From: Lingula anatina
Taxonomy: Eukaryota > Animalia > Brachiopoda
Assembly: GCA_051362555.1 (NCBI GenBank)
Contig: CM120644.1
Coordinates: 13,786,567 to 13,850,566, forward strand
DNA: 64,000 nt
Direction of reading: 5' to 3'
Below, one piece after another: positions 26,624-50,600 of the stretch; position 1 is the stretch's first letter, and every line of letters starts with the position of its first letter. Under the pieces are notes generated by a model. The model was not told where the DNA came from, made no database searches, and saw only the letters and a list, made by a program, of their open reading frames with translations. Made by a program: the position numbers and the translations under genes.

Positions 26624-26960
26624 TTTAATGTTGTGATGGTAACACAGTCACGTAATGTTGCCCTGAGTCTGCAAAATAAGAAATTGAGTAAATTTTCTTC
26701 AATCAACAATTAATATTGAAATTGTGTACTTCCAATATTTCACCGTCTGTCTAGAGTATCTTCATCAGAAAATGAGTCTCTTTCTCTCACTCTTTCAATA
26801 TTCGTTGTTGATGGAAGAAGGAATACTGTACTTTATTCTTATAACATAACCTAGCCGATGAAAGTATCCTCTAAAAAACGAACAATATTTGACGGTACAT
26901 ACCTAGAGATATTATGTGACCATAGTAATATACTCCGCAATCCGCTTTAGAGGTGTGTGT

Positions 26961-26996
<36 letters not shown>

Positions 26997-28024
26997 ATGA
27001 TGAGCGTCCATCAAGACATATGCAGATTGCCAAAATAATCGACATGAAAACCGCAGTTATCAAATATTTCTAAACATATGGTCTCACATAAGGAGCACCA
27101 GTCTCAAAGCATACGCTTCCACTACATACCTACCCTCTACATGTACCACGGCCGCAGTTATTATTATGTTGACATTTTCGCTACTGCACAGTATAGAAAA
27201 TAACCGTGAATTTAACCAGAGACATATCTATGAATATCTAGTGAAAAGTTAATCTGTGGCCCTGGTAGAGGGTTTTACATACCTTTAATTAGCAGATTAA
27301 TTGGATCCCCCTGTACCTACTGTACCCCGGCTGCTCAATCCTGATTTTACCAGGCAAGGCAATGATAGTGCACCAAATACAGGAATGGCGACCCCCGTAA
27401 TCTCACTTCCCGTGCGTGTGACGGGAAAACCTTACGGCGACACCCTGAGAAACAAAATTAATACATATTGCCTCGCCCGAAGCAGTTGTAAACTCCCATA
27501 TTAACGCTTAACATAGGGAATATTTTACATTCGTCTTAGTTAAAATGAAGCACTTTGAGACTTGGCGATTTGCTGACAATCGCCTGCTCGTTTTAACCCT
27601 TTTAACAGATTTATATCCCAAAAATGGTAGATAAATAGGGATTTACTATCAATACCCGGTAACGTACTCCGGTATGCTCCGGTACTTAATTACTAGACAA
27701 AAGTTTACAGGTAACAGTTAAGATCTAAAAATACAAGCGGTCCGCAAGCCTCTGTTACATATGCTTTCTATAAAAAAACGCATTTGTGTTGTGTGAACCA
27801 CATTATTCAATCAAGTAATGCAAAAAGATTAATGTGATGTCAATATATATTATATTTTCGTCACTCTAAGCAGCGCGCATTTATACTTATAGTCTGAATA
27901 TGACGACTGCAACGATCCACACAGCTGACATTCCGTCAGCTAATTATTTCCGGTTTGAATTAAGAAACTGCATGGGGAGATCCGTGTAACAGAGACCCAC
28001 ACACACACCCCCTTTAGATTGAAA

Positions 28025-28166
28025 GGGGCCGTAGCAATAGTCCGAAGGTTCATTGGTCCGAATGTTCACTACAGAACCTTCGGACCAACGAACCCTTGAT
28101 TAAAAAACCGATAAAAATGTTACCGTTTTTCGGACCAATGAACCTTCGGACTATCGAGACGCCCCC
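28025..28166. mobile_element. MITE with GGGG termini and subterminal TAGTCCGAAGGTTCATTGGTCCGAA repeats
   Basis: ATAGTCCGAAGGTTCATTGGTCCGAA is mirrored by TTCGGACCAATGAACCTTCGGACTAT. Confidence 0.6.
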
Positions 28167-28311
28167 GATTCGAACAGGTTAGGATTAGTGTGACGGACGC
28201 GGATCAAAATCTAGGACGCGGCTTACCTTAACTTGTGTCTCAGGAGACTTTCACTCGTACAGAACACTGGGCTAAAGGACGAGACGGTGACTGGCCGATA
28301 TTTGTACAGTA

Positions 28312-28479
28312 CAGGGGCGGATTTAGGCCGTCTTCTGGGTCTTCCGGAAGACGGTCAGATTTCCAAGTTTACATTGACGGGTATCCAATTTTTCATGTTG
28401 GACGACGGTCAAAATTGGAGAATGAATCAACAAAGATAATTTGGAAGGCTGTCAGTAAATAGGTCTGGATCCGCCCCTG
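28312..28479. mobile_element. CAGGGGCGGAT-ended MITE, 5-bp TSD CAGTA
   Basis: CAGTA|CAGGGGCGGAT...ATCCGCCCCTG|CAGTA. Confidence 0.85.
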
Positions 28480-28768
28480 CAGTACGTCCCATACCCCGAA
28501 GCTACACCTTGGGGGACACTTTGTGACACGAGGGGGGGGGGGGTAAGATTTAGGGCGCATTTAGATTCACATATCGTAAAAGCTGGGTCGGTCCAACTCT
28601 GCTGGGGATTCTCGCTGTAGTTCAACAGTAGAATTAAGCTGAACCAGTTCACGATAGTTAATAACCCCCCTAGCTACTCGAGAAGGCGTGTCTTCGCTCT
28701 ATATCCAAGTACTTTTGCCCAAGGGCAGACGTATGAAAACCAGTCTCTCTTTTTTAAAGGATGAAATA

Positions 28769-28937
28769 CAGGGGCGGATTGAGGCTGTCTTCTGGGTCTT
28801 CCGGAAGACGGTCAAATTTCTAAGTTTGCATTGATGAGTAACTAATTTTTTCTGTCGGAAGACGGTCAAAAAATGGAGGATGGATAAACATAGATAATAT
28901 GGAAGACTGTCAGAAAATATATCTGGATCCGCCCCTG
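28769..28937. mobile_element. Second CAGGGGCGGAT-ended MITE, 5-bp TSD AAATA
   Basis: AAATA|CAGGGGCGGAT...ATCCGCCCCTG|AAATA. Internally similar to 28312-28479. Confidence 0.85.
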
Positions 28938-31554
28938 AAATACTGATGAAAAAAACATTCGTGTCTTATTGTTTTCTTTTCTTTTCTGGTTAAATTTTGG
29001 CTTGAAGTTTGCAGTATATTGTCTGCCATTTAGAATATGATTTATGCTATTAATACCTTGGCCCACTTTAACCGTGTTAAAAAACAAAGAATGAGTGAGT
29101 GAAGAATGATATATAAAAAGTCGAAACTGTATTTCAATGTACCTTAATTGGTGAATTAGTATTAATAATTCAACGCCTTATTTTTAATCTCACATCTTGT
29201 GTTAGCCGCTAAAAACAATGTACAACATCTAAATGTTTAACAACAATGTTTAAAGACACTGCATTGGGCGAGATATGGGACATAATATGCGATATGATGA
29301 CTATGATTCCATCCTTTGACCTGTGCAAAATATAAATAAATAAACGAATTGTTTAAGATAGCAAAAAAAAAAAAAAAAAAAAAAAAAGAAGAAGAAGAAG
29401 ATTTAGGAATACGCGTGATTGATGATTTATGGTTATACATTAAATATACGCCTAAGTGACAGTGATATATATTTTTATCTGTAAAGCTTTATGTTTCTAT
29501 AAGGGAGCTATTACACGTTCCCCTTGGATTTACCGATTGCAGCAGAGATCATTTCTGTTCCCCTCCAGATGGCGCTATTGAACGGTCTTATCTTTGATGC
29601 ATTGTAAAGAATGATGCATGATGAACACTCGTTTGTGATATTTTTCCCACGTGCTATTTTGTCCTTCATGTCTCCTTTATTTCATCACGTACCTCATGAC
29701 AATGAAAATTGCAATTGTGCCTCACGTTAACTACACAGAATTTGAAACTGATAGTTAAAAAAAATCTTTCATTAATTAGTATTTTTAATTTCTAATTCTT
29801 AACCTATTTCAGTGTTTTAGAAAAACATTTAGTTTTAATATTTCAAATCTTATTCAAGTTAATTGAAAGTTCAATATAGACAAAACTGGTATTTCAAGAA
29901 CACTATTATAAACTAGTCTTTTTAATTTTTATGTCTTTTAAGAGTATCAATAAACAACAGTTCTAGTTATTAGCTCTGTCCCAAGTTAATTTGGATAAAA
30001 TTGACTTTTAACATTGTACAACTTCAACCTTTGGGTTGCAATTTTACTGAATAAACCATTATAATAATTATTATTATCAAAAAGGGGAGTCCGAATGGGA
30101 TATATTGCATCAATAAAATAGCATCTTTGTTATTGTTGTGATTGATGTCATTCAACATTTCTTAAGACAATGCATTGGACAAAACTTAATATGGGATATG
30201 GATTCTTCCTCTGCAACCCATAACAAACAAACTAATTAAGATAGCAAGAATGTTGATTTATTTTTATGTATGATTGATGATGAGTGATTATAAATATAAA
30301 TGAAAATGACATACATTAAGGGTGTTATCTGCAACCTGTGGAGCTATGTTTGTGCGCACTCTCTGGAGTTGCTACCGGCTTTTGGTGAATGTAGCAATCA
30401 TCACATAATGATACTGAATTCATATTCAAAACATTCCCATAGAATTTAGATCGATCTATCCCCGTGGGGAGTCTCACTAGATTACTGTCAGATAATCCGG
30501 CTTAAATGTCCATCCTGCCTACTACAAGCTGTAAGGGGGTAATTAATTTTCGTGACCGCTCGGCTGACAGCTATTTAGCGTGAACCCCCAGGGAGTTGGG
30601 TCAATCTAATCTCTGGGAATGGGGTCCAAGTGTAATCACAGATATTCATCATCTGTTGGTTACTGTTGACACACAGAGAATTTCACCTAAGAGATGGACT
30701 GATCCTTAAAGGCATATATTGCTTGTTAAACGTTTACACAGCAAAAACGATGATTGCCCAACAACTTAACTTTATCAGCATGGCAAATGCTACCCAAAAG
30801 TGTAAAGAAAACCAAGACCTAAATATCCATTTCTTTTTCCTTTTTTCATCTTTTTTCCTAAAAGTGGAGTTCCTTAGACTCTTCATCCCAATAACAAAAG
30901 TGTCTAAAAATTCTAAACTTACAAAGCAATAACCAATTTATAGATAATGATTTTGTTAATCATTTTGGATATGGTATACATTGGTGTTTCAATGGAAAAT
31001 ATGAACATTTCAGAAATTATTTCAATTGCTATATAAATGTTGAATGCTCAACAAATGACCTCGATATGAAGGTCACAGCACAGCTTAACTATCATAAGTA
31101 AATCCACATATGATACAGGAACAACAGGCAGCAGAGGTTTCTTATATGTGATCCTTAAAGACAAAAAAAAATCCAGAAATTTACCATCACTTTACGTTGT
31201 CATCCCTGCAACCATTTTGGGTTTTCTCAATTATAATCCTCATAAATGTATAAATAAAAGGCAAGAACAGGCATCAGATGTTTATGGATTTAAAAAAAAA
31301 AAAACCAACATGGATAAAAAAACAACAGACCATTCTCAAAGAAGATCCTGTTATATTAAACAGGGACGAGGCTGCCACTTCGTGAAAATGTCTGAAAATA
31401 TAGCATGGGGCCCAGGGGGCTGCCTGCATTTCCTCAAAAATGATATTTTTGGCTCCCAAAAAGTCAGAAATCCACCAACAGTCAGGAAAATCTTATTACT
31501 GATTAAAATCCCCCAGAAACTTGAGATCCCTATAAGCTGTTGTCCCAACAATGG

Positions 31555-43513
<11,959 letters not shown>

Positions 43514-43715
43514 GATGACATTCAGTTATTTTCACTTCAAAAACTCGAATATTTTTCTTCTGTTGTCTTTCTTCCCTCCTCCTTCCTGCATACACATGTG
43601 TAGTTTACATGACGTCACTGGTTTGTGCGTACACACCTTCGCGGCGGCGGAAGTCGCACATTGGAGGGATTTTAAAAATCAAATACGAATTTGTTAAATT
43701 ATTTCCAAAGACTAA
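43514..43715. promoter_or_regulatory. Compact bidirectional promoter between WDR24 and MPLKIP
   Basis: The two start codons are ~200 bp apart on opposite strands. Palindromic CRE TGACGTCA at 43610-43617 and ETS/GABP-like GCGGAAGT at 43647-43654. Confidence 0.7.
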
Positions 43716-44721
43716 ATGAATAGACCGAATTTTGGGAACCCTTACGAATTCGGGTCGCCGTTTGGAGGGCCGCCACGAGGAGGAGGAGGAGGAGGATACA
43801 ACCAGCGAGGATCACCCCGTCACGGAAGCGGTGGAGGGGGTTTTCGGACCCCGAGCCCTCACCATCACCCTCACCATAACATGCCCCCTCCGCCGCGGCC
43901 GTTCTCTCCGCAGTACGGAGGACCCCCTCCACCTTCTCCAGACTTTAGCCCACGGGGCATGAGGAGCCCCTATAGGCAGAATTACACCCCAAGGCCGCCG
44001 TATAGCGGTGGGGGTAATCATAGAGGTGGGGGATGGAGCCCGAGTCGGAGTGGAGGATACAGAGGGCGAGGGAGAGGGGGGTTCTCGCCCTCGCACGGGC
44101 ATGTGAGTAGATTTTAAGACACTGATATGAGAGCCTTTATTTATGAGAAAATGTATTTAAAGACCGCCACATAAATTTATTGACATTTATCCATGCTTCT
44201 TGTCCTTTTCATACATCTTATAATTTTTTAAAATTTTTTGAGGGGATTTTAAAAATTGTAAAGTGGATTGACGTTTTTAAAGAATGCGTCATGGAAGAAA
44301 CTGTCATAATTTTCATTATGTTTATTGATATAAATTCATTGATGCATTTATCAACATTTGAAGTACAGAGAATACTGATAGTTAATATAGTTTCTTGTTA
44401 ATAATTTAATAATAATAATATAGGAATTGTTAAATTGTCAAAGTTAAGAAAATTCTCAGTTACCTTAACCATAAACTTATGGTTTATTTTGATCTATTTC
44501 TCAGAGTTAATTTTAAGTCTGGTTGGGATTGAATGCATTATGAAGTTAACTATAATAATAATGATTTATTTTCACTGTTTCATGACCAGTTCAAGCACAG
44601 AGACAGGAATCCCGGTAGCAGTGATAACATAGAGGATTATTGTAAGGACTCCATGTTAGCAGATCCCTGGGAGGGAATGGTCCCAGTGCCAGTGACACGC
44701 CCCTTGGACTTCACCACGTGA
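43716..44721 (+). CDS. MPLKIP: M-phase-specific PLK1-interacting protein (TTDN1) homolog
   Basis: Two exons, 43716-44102 and 44590-44721. Gly/Pro/Arg-rich low-complexity N-terminus with SP/TP sites, then the conserved C-terminal IEDYCKDSMLADPWEGMVPVPV (cf. YFKPSMLEDPWAGLEPV). Confidence 0.88.
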
Positions 44722-47668
44722 CACAGGGAATAGGTTGACAATAAAATGACATTGAATTTGACATTCACAGGGTAATAGGTTGACATTGAAATTGACATTG
44801 AATTTGACATTCGACTGACATTGAAATGACAAATCTTTCTCTGTCTTTTGGGGGAATGAGAGACATGACACCGGAGATTTTTCTCTTTGTGAAAGGTCTT
44901 TATATATGGCTGGGTTGAACATTAAATGCTATGCCATGAAATATTGGTTGAATTTCAATTCACCATTGCCCATAAGTTTGCTTGGTATTTCTCAAGACCT
45001 GGACTCTTTTTGACAAGGAGTGGAGATTTCACATGCTGGAGCTTTATAAGCTGATGTGAAGAAATGACACTGGAGATGCACCTTGGACTTAACTTTTAAT
45101 GGAAGATATATGATTTTTAAGGCCATATTTTCACATGGCAGAAAGAAATTATTTACTTGAACATTAATTTATATAGCAACTTACTAACATGTACAGTAAG
45201 GATAATATTCAGTGCCCAATAATTCACTAGATGAAGTGATGGGGGATTTTCAAAACAAACTTCACTGACTGACTATTCTATGTGGAAAATCATGATTTTT
45301 ACATATCTATTCTGTATTTTTTAAGTCATCAATTCTTAAAATTTACACGTTACATTGGAGTGATAGCAACAAAAATGAAAAGTCAACTTCGCCACAGTTC
45401 TAATCTACTAGTATACAGTTGAGGCACCAGAAATGCTATACAGACTGTTCTTTTTTTTACGATTTCAAAATCACGTGTCTGACCTGATATTATACAGCTG
45501 AATTCTACATTATAAGATGAACCAGAATGGAATTTTTACAAGAGCAATAAGATGTAATAATATAATTGTAATTTTTAAACCCAAGTTGATTATTTTATTC
45601 AAGTAGACTGAAGTGAGAGTGTGTGGATTTCAAGATGAGACCAGAGTGGATGTAACAATTTAAATCAATGAAAAGGGCTTTTACAACGATTAGTTTAGAT
45701 TTAATTAAAACATTTCTCGTATTCACAAAACGTTCAGAATGCAGCATTCTAAGATATTTCATCAACAAAAGTAGGCTATTTTTATTTCATTTCTTTTCTT
45801 AATTTCATCTAAGCACCAGTATCTTGATGGCAGTGTTTTACTGGTCATGAAAATGTAATTTAATGGAATGCTCTTTGACCAAATACCGCAGGCTGTCTAA
45901 AGAGGGACTAGAAAATTTGTCCCATTTACAGAGATCAAGTTGGGCAATGATTATACTAATGTCAAAAAGAAAGTTTTTGTCCAAGACAAAGAAGATAAAA
46001 GTGTAGTTTCAAGGCATAGCAACAAGTTTAATGTTGAGTTTATGAAAATATAGCACCTAGAGCTCAAGTTTTTTCTACACAAATCCATAAAGTACATTTT
46101 AACAAGACAACCGTGAGTCAGGTGGTGATACACCCATTAAAATCTGCCTTAAATATATTTCGACTTGTCATTGGATGGTAACCACAAACACAGCAGGATG
46201 GAAATGAACGGCCATTGAAAAATTAGGGGTCTGAGGCTAACCCCAACATATGTATGCACTTAAAATCAAGCAAATTCCATGTACAGAACTAATTAAAAAG
46301 TGATTGATCAGATAAAATTGGACCGACATCAAGAGATAGCTACCCCCGAGTGTCAGGGCACAGTAAAGCTAGCGTGTTAACTATTCATATCCCTTGTTAA
46401 CTAGTCATGGGATCGCCAGTTTTGCTGATACGGGTTATGTATGAAATCAAGATCGAGCTGGCAAAACTGAAACCTAGAACCTAGGGTAGAGATTAGTGAT
46501 TACATGACCCATAATCATATAATAACAAAGTGACAATTTCCAACTATATTTATTTTTTATATATAATAACAATATCAAGTCCAGTTTATAAAGCCACAAG
46601 CAAATTTACTGTAATCTACATACAATTACACCAACTTTCTTTTTTCTCCTATCCGTAATTTGTGACTAATGATCACAGTATTTATATATTTCAACTTTGA
46701 ACACTGAATAATGATTTAAGTTTTTTTCACTTCCCTTTGCTTAGAAATTCCCTTCAATGCTAGCCCCACATCAGGCTATATTTGGTCAAACTCTTGAATA
46801 AAACCTTGGCATTCACACTATTCACACTTTTTAAATGGCTTTGCCAGTGTTACTGTAGTATTGATGAAAATAATCATATTGAAAATCATACGCATATGCT
46901 GGTGACACCTGTAAAACTTGTAAACAATGTCATATAATCTTCAGAAATATTCATCATGAAAGATTCCTCATCTATTGTTTTTAAATTATAGCACTTGAAG
47001 TCCATTTTAAACTGTGAGGATCACTTATCAAGACTTTGAGCATCCCCACAGCCCTTTTAAAACCCATGGGGAGGGGGGGGAGGTGCTTGCTTCTTACCCT
47101 ACTCGGTTCAAAAAGACTCTTCCATGTCACACAAGGAATCATCCAGTTAAAGATCCAAGGGTTGGGAGTCGGGCAGGTAAACAATGCTGCAGTTAAAATT
47201 TATGATAAGATTGGAGACTAGTAATCCATGTCAGTTGCAACAGGCAACAAAGCAACCAATCTCATTATTCCACAAGTGATCTTTCACCAACACTAATACT
47301 CTGGAAAATGCAATTGCAATTTGTCGTCTTTACTTCTTTAGTCCTACTAATTGTCATTTCTATTCCATAGTAAACGTGTATTTTGCTGGTATTTACTTAC
47401 AACCAACTAATTCTCCTTACAGCAAATTCTGCTTACTGTTCAAGTCATATTGCCATCTGAAATGCCCAATAGTGAAAGTCAACTTTTTTTATAATTTATG
47501 AATTGCAAATGGAAAAGTTCATGACCTGAAAACTGGGACAACTCCCCATTCTAAAAAGCATGACCAGATATAAATGTACTGCCACTCTGAGGTTTGATGA
47601 AATGAATTGGTAATGTTAAAGCTCCTAACTCTCGCTCTCAAAAAAAAAAAAGGTGTTGAAAATCCATT

Positions 47669-50600
47669 TTAATTCCATATATTTCTTCCCCTGTTTCCGC
47701 TCTGAAAATCACCAACTCTACCACCACCTGCCCTCCGCAAGCCCGGGCTCTGGTCCAGCATGCCCCCTGGTGGTGAACTAGTCACCTGACTCATGCCCCC
47801 CACGGAGGGGTAACCTTGGTAACCAGGTCTTTGTGGAGTCGTCTCTCTGTATGAGCCCCCTGGTGGATTATCTCCCAAATAACCTATACTCTGGGGGCCA
47901 TCACCCCTGTATAATCCCCCAGGAGGAGGATCTCTCCTATAGGTGTCAGCACCATACATATCCCGGTCCATGCCGGAGTTACTATTCTCTCCATGTGCAT
48001 ATTGGTCAAAGAACTGGTTCTCGTTAGAGTCGTTGGGACTTATACTCATTTGTGTCACGTATGTGTTGCTGTCATATCCCCCTGCATTATTAGCTTTCGC
48101 GTTGTACTGTGCTGCCCCCTGTTGTGACGAAGAAGTAATTCCCGGTGTACTTATGTCACCACCACTACTACCACCGGAACTATTTCCCATGGTGACTGGA
48201 ATCCCTCGCTGTGTAAGCAACTGCGCCAGTGCCGCTTTGACTCCTGCATTACCATCTCCACTATGGGGCTTGGCACTCACAATATCTGGTTCGCCTCTCA
48301 CAGTTCCAAATCCCGCTCCTTGCTGCACACCTCCACTGTACAACGATGAGTTAGTTGCATCACTGATCACGTCTGCTCCCTCTGGTGGTGGTGGTGGTGG
48401 CTTTTCCTGGGCCTGCTTGGCAGCCGCAGCCAGTAATAGCTGCATGTTCAAATTCTCCAGCAGTACCGAGGTGGCCCCGTCCAGTGGAACGTTTAATAAC
48501 TGAGCCAGCTGGGCCACACTTAGTCCCTCCCTAGTTTGCAACAAGGCTGCCAAGCCTGCCAACTTGCTCTGCACGCTCTCACTCGCATTATCCACCGTTG
48601 ATGCAGGTGCCCCCTGCTGTTGTTTTGCTACTGGGGGCTGTGTAAGAGCCGTAGGGGGTTGCTGGAGCAAAGAGGGTGCAGGGTCTGACCCAGGCTTACT
48701 TGTGGTTCCCAAGTCAAAGCCTGGTATCTTTTCATTGTCTTTTCCGATGCCCAGGAAACCTCCACTCGATTTAAGACTTTTAACCACTTTGGATTCAGTC
48801 TTATCCAGGTTGTCTTTCTCCTCCGTGGGTGCTGTCCTCTTCTCAGCCTCCTTTCGAGGTTTCTCGGCAGAGTCTTTAAGAATGGGGAACAGATACTTCG
48901 ACTGGGAAGTTTCATCGGACTTTTGGTCAGACGAGGGTTTGGACTTTGAACCCTGGGAGGCCTGCTCGGCCGCTGCCTGTTTTTGCTGCGCCTCTTTCAT
49001 GCTCTTTTTCCTCTTCTTGCTCCATAACTCATGACAGTCTTTGTCTTTTGGAAGGCTGGAAACGCAATTTGAATGAGACTTAAAATTATGAACTGTATAA
49101 ACAACTTCTTGCTTTGAGAAGTCAAAATAAGGTCACTCATAACAAGTAAAAAAACTGCATTACCTCAAGACAACAAATATGAAATTAAAGCACAAGATAC
49201 AAGCCCTCCTTCCACGTTAAATGACCATTAATCAGAACACAGACAGAAAGAAACAAATATTTTCAGCAACACTAAACTATGCACACATAATTGTATTTAA
49301 ATATATAAATTCCAACAAAAAGCATAAACAAACATACACGCATATGCACAAAAACGTACATTTACTCTGAAAATGTACACTAACACACACACTTGTACTG
49401 TCTCTCAGTCACATGCAAGCACACACATACACATTTACACTGGTACATACACACACACACATGCATGCAAAAGCACACACACTTACTCTGGTGTGGGAAT
49501 GGAGGCAGTGTCAATGTTCTCCAGTCAGGGGTTCTTCAGTGCCTGCTCAGCACGCACGCCACACGAGCACAAACACACACACACGCACACACACGCACAC
49601 ACACACACTTACTCTGGTGGTGGAATGGAGGCAGTGTCAATGTTCTCCAACCAGGGACTGTTCAGTGCCTGCTCAGCATTAATTCTCCTGGCCGGGTCCA
49701 GTTCCAACATCATGTCCATCAGGTCCAGGGCTGGCTTGGGAATGCTGGGAGAGAATTACGGTAATTACTGGATCTTTTCAATGGGCAAAAATTATCAAAC
49801 GTTCAGATAATATGTAATTTCATAAACACAAATATTATGTTTCTATATTGCAGTTGTAGTGTTTTTTCTGCACTGAATAGCTACAGAGAAACACAAATTT
49901 TGATTTTGTTGCTACCACTCCATAGGAATGATTTATGTTGATCAGTTTCGTAAACTTTTATCAGATCTAATTTTCTTTTTCCTTATATGACATTATGTAA
50001 TGTTTCATCTTAATTTCTCTCAGTACAAAACCTGAAATCATCAGTTTGACTCAGAAAAAGAATACTCGATTATAAAATTCAAAGGCAAAAGGGGGGGAGG
50101 GGGCTGCACTCACTGTTGCAGCAAACAAGCCCAAATGACAAGCAAGGGCTTAAGTGTCCAGCACTTTTAAGGGGTCTAGGATATTAACGAAAAAGTCCAA
50201 AACTAATGCAGCTAATTAAATTTCCTATTAACTAAAGGATGTGGTCTAGCAAGCAAAACGATTTTCCAAAGTTTGTAGTCACAGTGTAACACGAGTGACG
50301 TAATATCAGCGTTTTGGGGCTAAAATTGTCATTTTTCTAATCAAGATTTTCTCTTAAACAAAAAGCCCTATAAATACGATTGAAATAGCTATCTAAAGGT
50401 TACCACAAAAACCAGTAAACTCTGTCAGGATTTTCTCTTATTATTTTTACGTTTGATTTTATTTTGATAAAACGTGAATTTTACGAAATATATATGGACC
50501 ATCCATTTTCAGTACTAATAACTTCAAAAATAAAAAGTCAATCAAGACCCCAAGAAGCAGTCGACTAGATATTATACTGAAACACAGACGCATCAAATTT

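Noticed and set aside
44730-44830. TTGACATTGAA repeats resembling bacterial -35 boxes
   Set aside because: Eukaryotic 3' UTR minisatellite; the resemblance is coincidental.
47943-49034. Long + strand ORFs (186 and 156 aa), and 43812-44102 on the - strand
   Set aside because: Antisense shadows of GC-rich CDK12/13 and MPLKIP exons.
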